The position numbers were made by a program, and so were the translations under genes. DNA of 64,000 nucleotides from Octopus sinensis (taxonomy: Eukaryota): positions 23,599-87,598 of the forward strand of contig NW_021833094.1 in the NCBI RefSeq assembly GCF_006345805.1, given 5' to 3'. The notes beneath the pieces were generated by a model. That model was not told where the DNA came from and did not search any database. It saw only the letters and a list, made by a program, of their open reading frames with translations. This document shows, one piece after another, positions 13,711 to 26,669 of this stretch. The stretch's first letter is position 1. Each line of letters opens with the position of its first letter.

Positions 13711-14098
13711 TAACTAGCAGTATCACCCGGCGTTGCCCGAGTTTGTTTCGATCCATTAGAACTGAAATTTGCGAAAAGTAAAACTTTTGCATTATGTAGC
13801 TTGATATTCTATTTAAGAGAACATTTTTCTGGTTGAAATACACCAAAAAATGGCGAGAAAGCAGTCAAATAATCGTCAAAAATTAGGGATTTTCATAGAA
13901 AAAAAGCACCTTTTTGATGTAAATACTTGTTGGTGTTAACATGGTCCGATTTGAATTTTATCTTCTACGGAAGGAAGAGCAAGCCTTCTTCTATCATACT
14001 CTCAATTTGGTCAACTTGCGCCGCAGGGTCTTGGAGGAGATAGTATTAGTTGCTACCAAAGCCGCCATACACAGACAACTTCAGCTTTATATATAGAG
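13711..14098 (+). mobile_element. Non-autonomous Helitron-like element (Lep1/DINE-like architecture)
   Basis: 5' end taactagcagtatcacccggcgttgcccg. 3' region gtcaacttgcgccgcagggtcttggaggagatag...acagacaacttcagctttatatataga. No TIR or TSD seen. Confidence 0.6.
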
Positions 14099-14250
14099 AG
14101 ATATAGCTTCGAAGAGGAAGCAACGAAGACGTTCTAGAAAGAGATGCTGCCGTAAACTGAATCCACACTTCGCAGATATTACTATATTTGGTCATCGATG
14201 GCACAGCTAGCAATACAGCTAAGTGACCAACACGCCAGAGGGTCAATCTG

Positions 14251-15044
14251 ATTAACACCGGCAATCTTAGTTTCAAAGCGAAAATTCCTAAGGCTTTCTT
14301 ATATTCTTTTATTCTTTGAACTGCGGCTATGCTAGAGCAACACCTTCAGTCGAACAAATCGACCCCAGGATATATTCTTTGCTAGCCTAGTACTTATTCT
14401 TTCGGTGTCTTTTGCCGAACCGCTTAGTTACAGAGACGTAAACACACCAACATCGCCTGTTGATTTATGTTGCCGCTAAACACGTTCGATGATCGACTCA
14501 ATTAACATCTACAATCTTAGTTTCGAAGCGAAAATCCCGAGGCTTTCTTATATTCTTTCATTCTTTTGACTGCGGCCATGCTGTAGCATCGCCTTCACTC
14601 GAACACATCGATCCCAGGACTTATTCTTTGCTAGCCTAGTTCTTATTCTATCGGGGTCTTTCGCCGAACCCGCTTCGTTACAGAGACGTAAACACACCAA
14701 CATCGCCTGTTGATTTATGTTGCCGCTAAACACGTTCGATGATCGACTCAATTAACATCTACAATCTTAGTTTCGAAGCGAAAATCCCGAGGCTTTCTTA
14801 TATTCTTTCATTCTTTTGACTGCGGCCATGCTGTAGCATCGCCTTCACTCGAACACATCGATCCCAGGACTTATTCTTTGCTAGCCTAGTTCTTATTCTA
14901 TCGGGGTCTTTCGCCGAACCGCTTCGTTACAGAGACGTAAACACACCAACATCGCCATTTGATTTATGTTACCACTAAACACGTTCGATGATCGACTTAA
15001 TTAACATCTACAATCTTAATTTCGAAGCCAAAACCACGAGGCTT
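14251..15044 (-). repeat. Tandem array of a ~250-bp unit built from a SINE A 3' tail plus ~80 bp of flank (3 units plus a partial)
   Basis: The marker aatctta(g/a)tttc occurs at 14263, 14513, 14763 and 15012. Units 2 and 3 are almost identical. Confidence 0.92.
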
Positions 15045-15628
15045 ATTTGTATATATTTTAAACATTAAAACTGTCATCTTGGTTGCATCTAGACGTTGTG
15101 TCATTTTGTTCCACGACGCTTAAGATGATCTTTCACCTGTCTCAGTGACTTTGGCACTAATAAACCAATACATTGCTAACTCACCTATCGAGCTCAGTTG
15201 ACAGTATTTGTAATTATTTTTTCACTTCTGGAGACATTTCTCTCTAATTATTTTTACGCTGACATTACAATTAAGACTTGCGCTATTTGCTTATCACAAA
15301 CTCGCACATACAAATAGAAGCTAAGTTTTAAAGAGGCCTTCAGACTATTTTATAACGACATTCGTTCGATAATTCATATTATATAACCAACGTTTGAAAT
15401 AATGGAAGTTACGCAATAATTGGAAATACGTAGCTTCGTTATGTTATTACAAACTTTTCTTTAAAAATGACCTTCATACAGCCCTGGCAATTGCATTCGA
15501 GATATATTCCATAGTTATGTGCGCATGTTGTGAGATAAACTATAGATATACATTGCTCATATATTATATAACAATATCTTGCCTCTCTTCCCTCTCTCTC
15601 TCTACATATATATGTATATATATATATA

Positions 15629-15841
15629 GGCGCAGGAGTGGCTTATAGGCGCAAGAGTGGCTTATAGGCGCAGGAGTGGCTTATAGACGCAGGAGTGGCT
15701 ATAGGCGCAGGAGTGCCTGTTTGGAAGTGCACCTCACATGTTTGACTGGTGGCACCTTGGACAAGTGTCTTCTACTATAGCCTCGGGCCGACCAAAGCAT
15801 TGTGAGTGGATTTGATAAACGGAAAGTGAAATAAGCCCGTC

Positions 15842-15886
<45 letters not shown>

Positions 15887-16153
15887 GCGAATTGAAGAAA
15901 TGGAGTTGAACGAAGATTGAACAGAAATCGTTTTATAAACGATTTCTGTTCAATCTTCGTTCAACTCCATTTCTTCATTCGCTAATAATATTAAAATTCA
16001 ATTATCCGCACCAACGCACAGGTTGCAACACCATATGGTTGTACCTCCAACCGTGCTGTCTTCTGCTGTGATTTTTGCTACCAAGGTATCGGTTAAACTT
16101 TTGATTAATCTGCAACAAGATTATTCATCTTTCTATTTCACAAAATATATATA

Positions 16154-16189
<36 letters not shown>

Positions 16190-16450
16190 TGTATGTATGT
16201 ATGTATGTATGTATGTATGTATATGTGTGCGTGTGTATGATTGTGTGTATGTGTCTGTCCCCCAGCATCGCTTGACAACCGATGCTGATGTGTTTATGTT
16301 CCCGTAACTTAGTGGTTCCGCAAAATACACCGATAGAATAAGTACTGCGCTTACAAAGTATAAGTGCTGGGATCGACTTGTTCGATTAAAAGGCGGTGCT
16401 CGAGCATGGCTGCAGTCAAATGACTAAAACAAGTAAAAGAATAGAAGAAT
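15629..16450 (+). mobile_element. SINE family A with a multimerised 5' end and a ~260-bp insertion in its central microsatellite
   Basis: Five 18-19-bp copies of ggcgcaggagtggcttata (15629-15716), body to ~15843, insertion at 15883-16145, tail at ~16250-16450. Confidence 0.85.
15883..15986. repeat. Near-perfect 104-bp palindrome (fold-back)
   Basis: attagcgaa(t)tgaagaaatggagttgaacgaagattgaacagaaatcgttt-tat-aaacgatttctgttcaatcttcgttcaactccatttcttca-ttcgctaat. About 50 bp pair, with one bulged base and a 3-nt loop. Confidence 0.95.
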
Positions 16451-17329
16451 ATATATATATGTGTGGGGGGGGGGTGCTTTAGTTTCCGTCGAAGCCTTAA
16501 GCTGAAAGATTAGCTTTGCACCATTTTCGAATGAAACGTTCAGAGATGTTTGGCCTTGTGAGTGGCACGAACTGATTAGATTTTGGGATCGATTCGGTAC
16601 CGGACAAGGATTCTGGATTATTTTTTCCAGTTCTCTTACTTAATTTTTGAGAGCGGTCAGGTTCATTTTTAGAATTCTCATTTGTGAGAGCATCTATTTT
16701 ATTTCAGAGTTTCTCATTTTAAAAACCATCTCTGGCTAATCGTTGAGAGGACGTTTGTGTTGCCTTGGTGGAGGTTTGCCCTCTCTGAGTTCTCTTGTTT
16801 GTATTGTTATTAAGACGACGAATTTTAAACTCTAGAAGCGAAGTGGGTGGGGTGAGATCAAGTCAGAAATCAGCATCAAATTTCTTAAGAATTTTGAGAA
16901 GATAAATCAACGAACGCTGAACATGGACGTTAGATTTGCTAGAAATAACAACTAAGTGTTTCTTAAATTATATTCTATCACCTTCAAAATAGAAAGAAAG
17001 ACATTATGTAATGGAAGTTGAGATAAATTATTTCTGACAAGAGGTGGTGGTCGTGGATGGAAATTCTTTGATTACAGATTTGCCCTTTGTCCAATCATGG
17101 TTAGTCTGGCGCTTCACAGTAAGAGCGGTTTATGTAATCCTAGATACGCTGTGTCTCAAAAACGTTTGGAAGGTCATGGCCGGTGCGCCGTTGGCTAGCG
17201 AACTGTCTGCATGATCAAAGTTCATCTGGTTCGAAAAACAAGAACAACAACAACAAACAACACAAATTCTAAAAGTATTGGTTTTGAATGAAACAAATAA
17301 TAGCTGTCGTTGTCGTTCTTGCTGCAGTT

Positions 17330-17964
17330 GCTGTGGTTAGCGGCGGCGGCGGTGGTGGTGGTGGTGGTGGTAGTGGTAGTATTAATGAGGATGCTGTTGT
17401 TGTTGTTAGTGACGATGGTGGTGGTAGTCGCTGTGGTGCTTGTGGTAGTGGTGGTGCAGGTGGTGGTAGTGATGGTGGTACTAGCGGTGCTGACAACAGT
17501 GTGAACCAGCGGTGGCGCGGTTATGGAGAGGACATATGCTGGCGATGATGGTGGCGGTGTTCGTGCTTTTGTTAATGTGATGGTAATGTCTGCAGTGGTA
17601 TGGTCTAATGGTGATGGTGGTGATGGTGGCATTGGTGATGGTGGTGGTCGTGGTAATGGTGGTGATCATGGAATTGGTGATGGTGGTAGTAGTAGTGATG
17701 GTGGTGGTGGTTGTAGTGGTGGTCGTGATGGTGGTGGTGATGGTGGTATTGGTGATGGTAGTGGTAGTAGTGATGGTGGTGGTGGTTGTAGTGGTGGTGG
17801 TGATGGTGGTGGTGATGGTGGTATTGGTGATGGTAGTGGTAGTGGTGGTGATCATGGAATTGGTGATCGTGGCAGTAGTGCTGGTGGTGGTGGTGGTAGT
17901 GGTTGTAGTGGTGGTGGTGGTGGTGTTGGTGTTGGTGGTGGTGGTGGTGGTGGTGGTGGTGTTG

Positions 17965-17996
<32 letters not shown>

Positions 17997-18130
17997 GGTG
18001 GTGGTGGTGGTGGTGGCGGTAATGGTGGTAGTGGTGGTGGTGATCGTCGTCGTCGTCGTTGTCGTCATGGTCGTAGTCGTGTTCGTGGTGGGTATGGTAG
18101 TTATGGTGGCGGCGGCGGCGGCGTTGGTTG
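17330..18130. repeat. (GGT)n/(GTT)n low-complexity array with ~60-bp higher-order repeats
   Basis: The block ggtgatggtggtattggtgatggtagtggtagtagtgatggtggtggtggttgtagtgg recurs. The Thr-, Gly- and Val-rich ORFs here are artefacts. Confidence 0.9.
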
Positions 18131-18530
18131 TGTTATGCGCGGGTGGAAATGACAGAATCAGTTCCTGATAAGGAATTAAAGTGGATGAAACGTAATCCCC
18201 TTTGGTCATGGTGAATCTGTAGAATTTTGTCGAGCTTATCATCGATTGAGAGAAGAAGGAAAAGCGAATGTGAAAGTGAAAGTAAAACAAACAAACAACA
18301 ACAACAACAACAGCAACAACAAAGATAACAACACGAAAACAAAAACAGCAGCGAAAAGAAACTTTAGAATATAAACAATAACAGCACTAACAACTACACC
18401 AACAACAACAACTAAAGTAACAACAACAGAAATAAAAGGCAAACACAGTAGCGACAAAAGCAACTGGAAAATGATAAGAAAAAGATCCACAGAAACAACG
18501 AGAGCAACAATAACAATGACAGCAACAGCA

Positions 18531-18915
18531 GTGGAGGCTCAATGGCCCGATGGTTAGGACAGCGGACTCGCGGTCGGAGGATCGCGGTTTCGATTTCGAG
18601 ACCGGGCGTTGTGTGTTTTTATTGAGCGAAAATACCTAAAGCTCCATGAGTCTCCGGCAGGGGTGGGGGTGGCGACCCCTGTTTTACTCTTTCGCTCCAA
18701 CTTTCTCTCACTCTCTCTTCCTGCTTTTTGTCCCCGACTCCCTATGCAACCGCTGTGCCTGGATGCGCATTCATCCATCCGTCGATGCTCTCGGTGTTGG
18801 GGGTTGACCTGCTTTCTTTTCTGCGGGTCTTACGAATAGCAAAGGACCACGTTTCGGACTTCTCCCACTACAGAGGTGCGACCTTGCGAGCTCTGGGATG
18901 AAGACCGCTTCGCTC
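18531..18915 (+). mobile_element. SINE family C, tail type 2, first of a head-to-tail pair
   Basis: tRNA-like head gtggaggc(g)caatggcccagtggttagggcagcggactcgcggtcggaggatcgcggtttcgatt. Tail ends cgaatagcaaaggaccacg...gaagaccgcttcgctc followed by (CAA/CAG)n. Confidence 0.9.
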
Positions 18916-18939
18916 AACAGCAACAGCAGCCAGCAGCAA

Positions 18940-19310
18940 GTAGAGGCGCAATGGCCCAGTGCTTAGGGAAGCGGACTCGCGGTCGGAGGATCGCGGCTTC
19001 GATTCCCAGATCGGGCGTTATATGTGTTTATTGAGCGAAAACACCTAAAGCTCCATGAGGCTCCGGCAGGGTGGGGGTGGCGACCCCTGTTGTACTCCTT
19101 CGCTCCAACTTTCTCTCACTCTTGCTTCCTGTTTCTTGTCCCCGACTTTCTACGCAACCGCTGAGCCTGGATGCGCATTCATCCATCCGTCGATGCTCTC
19201 GGTGTCGGGGGATGACCTGCTTTCTCTTCTGCGGGTCTTACGAATAGCAAAGGACCACGTTTCGGATTTCTCCCACACTGGGACGAAGACCGCTTTGCTC
19301 AACAAACAAA
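18940..19310 (+). mobile_element. SINE family C, tail type 2, second copy
   Basis: Same structure as 18531, with a short deletion near the 3' end. The two copies are separated by caacagcaacagcagccagcagcaa. Confidence 0.9.
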
Positions 19311-19344
19311 CAGCATTAGAAAATCTTTTATCACAAATGCAAAT

Positions 19345-19770
19345 GCATGTGGCTTCATGGTAACATGCTTGGTTTCTAACCATATGGTTCCAGGTTCAGT
19401 CCCATTGCGTAGTAACCTTGGTCAAGTGTCTTCTATTGTAACTCGTCACAAGCAAAAGACTTGTGAGTGAATTTTGTAGAAGGATATTGAAAGAAGCCCG
19501 TGGTATATCTATGTATCTCTGTGGGGGTAGATGGATTTTGTTTGGGTGGGTGTGTGTTTATTCGTAGTTGCCTTTCTGTTAGAAAATGTCGGCCACTACT
19601 GATTGACAACCGGTGATCGTTTGTTTACGTGACTGTAAGTTAGTGATTCGGCAAAAGAGACCAATATAATAAATATTAGACTTAAAAGCAAAAGAAAAGT
19701 TTGTTCGGTAACGATTTGTTTGACTAAACTCTCCAAGGTGGTACTTTAGCATGGCCGCAATCAAATGTGT
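19345..19770 (+). mobile_element. SINE family A, old degenerate copy
   Basis: catatggttccaggttcagtcccattgcg...ccttggtcaagtgtcttcta...agcatggccgcaatcaaatg. Confidence 0.75.
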
Positions 19771-20370
19771 GTAATAGACATAAGATAATATAATAATATA
19801 ATCACTGTTTGAGTTGCCTAATAGTGGTTTTATCTCTAATTCATGTTTCATTTATATATATATATATTATATAAATGTGAGATAAGACGGTCATGCCTAG
19901 AATGCGTCTGTTCATGAGTCTAGTTCAACGGGAGTGGATTGGAGACTGAAGAAGATGGAGTAAGAAAATGGCTTGAAGGTAGAAAATAAGAAGTAAAACA
20001 AGAAGAAGGAAGAGGAAGAGAATAAAAGACGGGAGAAACAGTACCAACAACGAGGAATGAAGTCTTAACCAGCCGATAACCTGACGACCTGTTAGATAAC
20101 AAGCTGTCCCTCGCATTCAGGCAGACGACAACACAAACAAACATGGACACTGTGTCGTCTGCTTCTAAGGATTCTGTTCCAAACTGTTGTTTATTTGTAA
20201 TCTAACATTTAAGCTAGACGATTAATACAGCGGCAAACTAATGTGATTGGTCGCAAAACGCTGTTACTGTATACTTAATCTTTGCCTGATTCTATTGCCT
20301 ACATGTATTTATGAATGTGGGTATAAATATAGATAGATAGAGGGAGAGAGAGATTAGATATATAGATTAA

Positions 20371-20435
<65 letters not shown>

Positions 20436-20488
20436 AGATAGATAGATAGTAGGTAGGTAGGTAGGTAGGTAGGTAGGTAGATAGATAG

Positions 20489-20577
<89 letters not shown>

Positions 20578-21326
20578 TCTACCATAATAATACGCTTGTG
20601 TTTTTTCGTCACAACGTATGAATGAGAAAGGAAGGGGTGATAGGTGAATAAGGAAGGAAGGGATGATAGCAAACCTGTGAGATGGTGAACATTCAACGAT
20701 GAAAGGAAAAATCAAACAGAGTTTCAACTCTGTGTGAGAATAGGTGTGTATGCGTGTGCGTGTACAAGGGAAGTATGTGGATGTATGTGAAAAATGACAA
20801 GTTTATTTGATTTACCATCCATATTTATATATAAAATACTACAATTAGCCATCATTTTTGACAGCACAGGATGGATCAGCCAGTATATTTTATAAAATCA
20901 TAGAGCGTATTGCAAACTTTCGTTCTTGAATTTTTTAACTAATAAATGTCTGTTTTAAACGATGTCTTGATTTTTATTTCTAGCAACTCCTGTTGGTTTG
21001 TTCGTCGCTTTTAAATATTTAATTTGCTCGCGCATGTTTTAATGTTTACTGCATTTGTGTATATGTTAATGCTTTGACTGTTATATCTAGCAATGTTTTG
21101 ACATGTCAATGCCTCCCCTCCAAATGATGGAAGAGGTAGCGAACGTGCGGTTTTCTGATTGGCTAAAATATTCTGAAAATTATCAAACTTCGAATACCTG
21201 TAACGCTTTTGCAAAAGTTTTCTGGAATAAATGAATAACAATTTCGGATTCAGCGTCAAAAATTACATCTATATGCTACATTAAAAATTGTTTTTAAGAT
21301 AATTCTAAACAGTGACGAAAACCTTA

Positions 21327-21451
21327 AGGATCCAACCGGACTTAACGCAGAATAGTAAACTGGAATTTAGCTAGAGCAGACAGTGCCATGGGAAGAGAAC
21401 ATCGCTAATGTAGGGCAACAGAAGGAGAAGTATGAGAGATTTATCCAACAG
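21327..21451 (+). pseudogene. Small relic of an RLE-type LINE endonuclease (HERO/NeSL-like ELTVPWEE motif)
   Basis: From 21374 it translates EQTVPWEENIANVGQQKEKYERF, preceded by a decayed RIQPD. Confidence 0.45.
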
Positions 21452-21591
21452 TGGTACTTGATTTATCGACCCCAAAAGGATGAAAGAACAAAGTCAACCT
21501 AGGCGGAATTTGAACTCAAGAACGAAACAACGAATGAAATGCCGCAAAGAATTTTGCTGTGCGTGCTAACGAGTATCCCTGCTCTCGCCGA

Positions 21592-21592
<1 letters not shown>
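21450..21592 (-). mobile_element. SINE family B, partial
   Basis: gtggtacttgatttatcgaccccaaaaggatgaaag...ggaatttgaactcaagaacg. Confidence 0.8.
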
Positions 21593-21659
<67 letters not shown>

Positions 21660-21832
21660 CAACAACAACAACAACAACTACAATAATAATAATAATAATA
21701 AAATAATAATAATGATGATGATAATACTAAAAATAATAATAATAATGATAATGATAATAATAACAATAATAATAATACTGTTATTATTATTATTAATTTT
21801 ATCATTATCAATTATCTTCATCACCATCATCA

Positions 21833-21869
<37 letters not shown>

Positions 21870-21932
21870 CATCATCATCATCGTTATTATTATTATTATT
21901 ATTTGTCGTAGTAGTAGTAGTAGTCGTACAAA

Positions 21933-21965
<33 letters not shown>

Positions 21966-22739
21966 CAGTAGTAGAAGTAGTAGTAGTAGTACTAATACTA
22001 ATACTACAACTACTACTACAATTACTACTACTACAACTACTAGTAATACTACCACTACTACTACTATTCGCATTATTACCACTGCTTCGACTGCCACAAA
22101 ACCAACAGCAACAACTACTACAGCTACTAATACTGCTACTACAACAACTGCTACTACTACTACTACTACAACCACTACTACTGTTACTACTACTACTACT
22201 ACTACTACTATCACAACTACTACTACTACAAATACAATTACCAGCGTTATTATCAATATCGCGGTGCTCGTATCCGAAACGAAAAGATGCTATAGGCTAA
22301 ATGAAAAATCAATTATTTCAATTAGGTTCAGTATCGATTATTATTCAACAGTTGTTTGTATATTTCTGTTTGTTCATTTGTTTATTCATGTATCGATTTT
22401 TGATTGTTTTTGTTTAGCTTTGTATTTTTCTCCTTGTTTTTTTTTATTTTTGTGTGTTTGTTTGTTTACGGTATTTATGGAAATTATTTGATAATCTAAG
22501 AAAATATACTATATTAGGTTTAGTGTTGTATTTTATTTTATTTTATTTTAGTATTTCTATTGTCCAAATCAGAATAGATATAAGTGGAAGAGATTGGAAG
22601 TAGGAGGTAGATAATGTGAAGAGGAATGGGTAGGAAGAGGAGGAGGGAGGGAGTGAATGAGAGGGTGAGATGTTGTATGATGGAAGATAGAGAGAGAGAG
22701 TAGGAGGGAGAGTAAGTATTAAAGGGACAGAGGAGAGAA

Positions 22740-22920
22740 GGCAGGAATGAAAAGAAGATGAGAGCTAAATATAGAAAAAAAAATGGTTGCAGACAGATAG
22801 AGTGAGAGAAAGAGAGTGCGATAAGGAGAAAGATGGATAGATAGAAAGATAGAGAGAGAGAGACGGAAACAGAGAGGAGGGACAGACAGATAAACAGACA
22901 GACAGACAGACAGACAGACG

Positions 22921-23012
<92 letters not shown>

Positions 23013-23062
23013 GAAAGAGGGGGAGGGACAGACAGATAAACAGACAGGCAGACAGACAGACG

Positions 23063-23150
<88 letters not shown>

Positions 23151-23345
23151 CATCAATCCATACATACATACATGGATGGATTGACACATCGATGAATAGA
23201 TTAATTGACTGATAGATACAAATATATATACAACTAGACAGACACAAATACACAGACAGACAGACAGATAGACAAATAGAGAGACAGACATACAGATACA
23301 CAGGCAGACAGAGAGACAGATAGCTAGATAGACAGATAATGATAA
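22740..23345. repeat. (GATA)n/(GACA)n array; similar arrays at 8612-8720, 20330-20576, 28080-28300, 28555-28695, 50258-50305 and 51086-51190
   Basis: Direct reading of the sequence. Confidence 0.95.
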
Positions 23346-23514
23346 AAGATATGTACAATCATTGATAAGTAAGTAATAGATAAGAGAGAGTGGAAGAGAT
23401 AGGAATGATGAAAGTTCCTAAGACGTTGAGTGATAGAAAGTTAATGCTGGAGTGAGAGAGACACACAGACATAGAGAGAGAAAGAGAGAGTAGAACAGAG
23501 AGTCAAAAAGAAAG

Positions 23515-23547
23515 CAAGAAAGACAGAGAGAGAGAAGGAAGGATAAA

Positions 23548-23583
<36 letters not shown>

Positions 23584-23637
23584 AGAAAGGAGAGAGAAAG
23601 GAAGAAAGAAAGAAAGAAAGAAGAAAGAAAGAAAGGG

Positions 23638-23669
<32 letters not shown>

Positions 23670-23748
23670 GAGAGAAAGAAATGAAGAAAGGGAGAGAGAA
23701 AGAACGAAAGAATGAGAGAAAGAAAGAAAGAAAGGCAGAAAGAAAGGG

Positions 23749-23786
<38 letters not shown>

Positions 23787-23820
23787 GGAGAAAGAAAGGA
23801 AGAATGAGAGAAAGAATGAG

Positions 23821-23851
<31 letters not shown>

Positions 23852-23927
23852 ATGAGAGAAAGAAAGGGAGAAAGAAAGAAAGGGAGAAAGAAAGAAAGAA
23901 AGAAAAAAGAAAGGGAGAAAGAACGAG

Positions 23928-23982
<55 letters not shown>

Positions 23983-24017
23983 AGAAAGAAGAAAGAAAGG
24001 GAGAAAGAAAGAAAGAT
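23515..24017. repeat. (AAAG)n polypurine array
   Basis: Direct reading. The K/E/R-rich and F/L/S-rich ORFs are artefacts. Confidence 0.95.
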
Positions 24018-24845
24018 AATGTGAGAAAAGAATTATGGGTGGCTTATCTGGTATTCCTTGAAGGAATCTATCCAGACTCCAACAAATGATAGACAGAAGA
24101 TGGAATATATTATTAATCACAACAATTGTTTCGACACATCTAGCATCGACTCCTATTGTGGGACACACAAAAACTGCTTCAGGTGTATGCCGTGGTGCAG
24201 ACCTATCACGCCGGGTGATAAATAAATAAATAAATAAATAAAACTCCTTAAAATGACTGTACAATAACTCAACAGTCAAATGACTGAAACAGGTAAAATA
24301 GTAAAAGACTATACGCCCTCCTATATTAATCTTTACATGGAAAAGTTTGCTAATGAATCCAAAATTCAGCTTGCCATCCATTTTTCGAAGTCACTTTCAA
24401 CCTTTTCTACATAATATTTAATAAACCTAAATCCTACTAAACATATGGAACGGTCTTTCAGTTTATCGCTAAATTGTTTTCATAAATAACTTCACACAAA
24501 AAAAACCCCTAATACATACGTATCTATATATATGTATACATATGTATGTTTGTGTATATATACATATACAGAGAGAGAAAGAGAGGAGAGAATGTGAGTG
24601 CGAGAATACCCGAAATTTCTTTGAAGCCTTCTAGGTTTAGCAAAAAGAACGTATGAATTATGCAGGGGCCCTTTTTCTCTGGTTTTCGGTATTATACTAA
24701 AAATCAACACGTTCATATTCAACTACACTCGAACAAACCTTCCATATCGCTATACAAACTAAACATCAAGGCACACAACTTCATAGCCATTCAACCTGAA
24801 TTTACATACACATACATATATATGTATACATATATATACATATAT

Positions 24846-24915
<70 letters not shown>

Positions 24916-25021
24916 TACACACACTCACACACATATATATATATATCTGTGTATACATGAATACATACATACATAGACATATATATATGTATATATATAT
25001 TTATATATATATATATATATA

Positions 25022-25143
<122 letters not shown>

Positions 25144-26071
25144 AAGATTATAAGTAATATCTATCTAGCTGATATATGTATGAAGCGTATAAGTAATTCT
25201 TCTATCAAATTTAGCGTTATTCCGGCTACACCCTTTGATATTTTGCATAAAAGCAATCATCCAACCTTACGTCTATCAATCTTTTATTTCTTTCCTAGCG
25301 TTTCTCCTCTGAGAATATTCGCCATTTTCCTTTTTCCTATTTTTTCTTTTTTTCAAACCGACAGGGAAAACCTAATTTTTCATTTTGATAAAAGGAAAAA
25401 TGGTCGTTCTGTTAAACTAGCTCCATCTATTCTCCTATAACTTATATAATATAAGCATCCTTCAGGTTCAGAATTCAAACTTGACATGTGTCATTGTCAG
25501 AATATCGTCATCATTTTCCCCTTTTGAGCTTCTCTTAGATGCCTAAATCGATTGGAATCTAAAGAGACAAACGAACAAATATCAGTGGTTTGAAATCTCT
25601 CTGTGGTTCAGATCTCTCTTTTTATTTATTTAAATTGTTATTTATTTATTCATTCTTTTGGTTGTGGCTTGGTTAGAGCAGAAAAGGCAAAGCTCCCAGG
25701 AAAATTTTATAGGATATCCGTGTCTGTTGCGTTGAAAGAATGAAAGTCTTCTTACCCTAAACGAGAGGCCGAGTGCAAATATTTGCAAAAGAGAATAACA
25801 TTGGTTTTACAGAAAACACCTTCAAATAAAGACATACTTACACTTACATTCATAGTCATCACACGTACTCATATAGATATAAGCGAATCTAAACCTCAGT
25901 TTCATCTTAAGAGGTTCTGGTGTAAAGAACAACCATATCAGTAACGCCAACATATCCTGCTTGATTGTGGAGTATGCACTTTCTTATAAAAAAGTAGAAA
26001 AAATGTTAAGTAGGTAATAGATAACAGAAAGTACAAGAGATAGAAATAATAAACGCTTGAAACATCCAATG

Positions 26072-26107
<36 letters not shown>

Positions 26108-26340
26108 ATAGAGAGTCGGAAAGAAAGCAAAGAGACAGAGAGAGGGGGGTCAGTTTGGGATTAAACCGGATGATGTCTTAAGTCCACCAATCAATCAGAG
26201 TGTGTTGCTCTGGTTCAGGTTGTGACAATTGTCAATATGATTGGCAGTACTTCCCAAAACAACAATAGCTATATACGTGGCCATTATTACTATTATTATT
26301 ATTATTGTTGTTATTGTTGTTATTATTATTATTATTATTA

Positions 26341-26378
<38 letters not shown>

Positions 26379-26430
26379 GCATTATTGTTATTATCATTAT
26401 TATTAGCATTATTATCTCTCTATCTATGTA

Positions 26431-26563
26431 TAGGCGCAACATGACTGTGATAAGTGGTTTGCTTCCGAACCGCTTGTTTCAAAGCAGTGGATTCAGTGCC
26501 ACTGCGTGGGACCTTCAACAAGTCTCTCTTCTATATATTCTCGGGCCTCCCAAAGCCTTGTGG
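26431..26563 (+). mobile_element. SINE family A head, degenerate
   Basis: aggcgcaacatgactgtg...gccactgcgtgggaccttcaacaagtc...caaagccttgtgg. Confidence 0.6.
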
Positions 26564-26586
26564 TATTATTATTATTATTTTATATT

Positions 26587-26622
<36 letters not shown>

Positions 26623-26669
26623 ATTATTATTATTATTATTACATTATTATTTTATTATTATTATTATTA

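Noticed and set aside
17040-17230. GC-richer unique island with splice-like signals on both strands
   Set aside because: Several frames are briefly open, but none resembles a known protein or has a convincing acceptor-donor pair.
24116-24188. GAAAC-aatt-GTT plus an upstream CTGAAGC on the minus strand
   Set aside because: The core has C at position 9 and stem II does not pair, so only half of the motif is credible.
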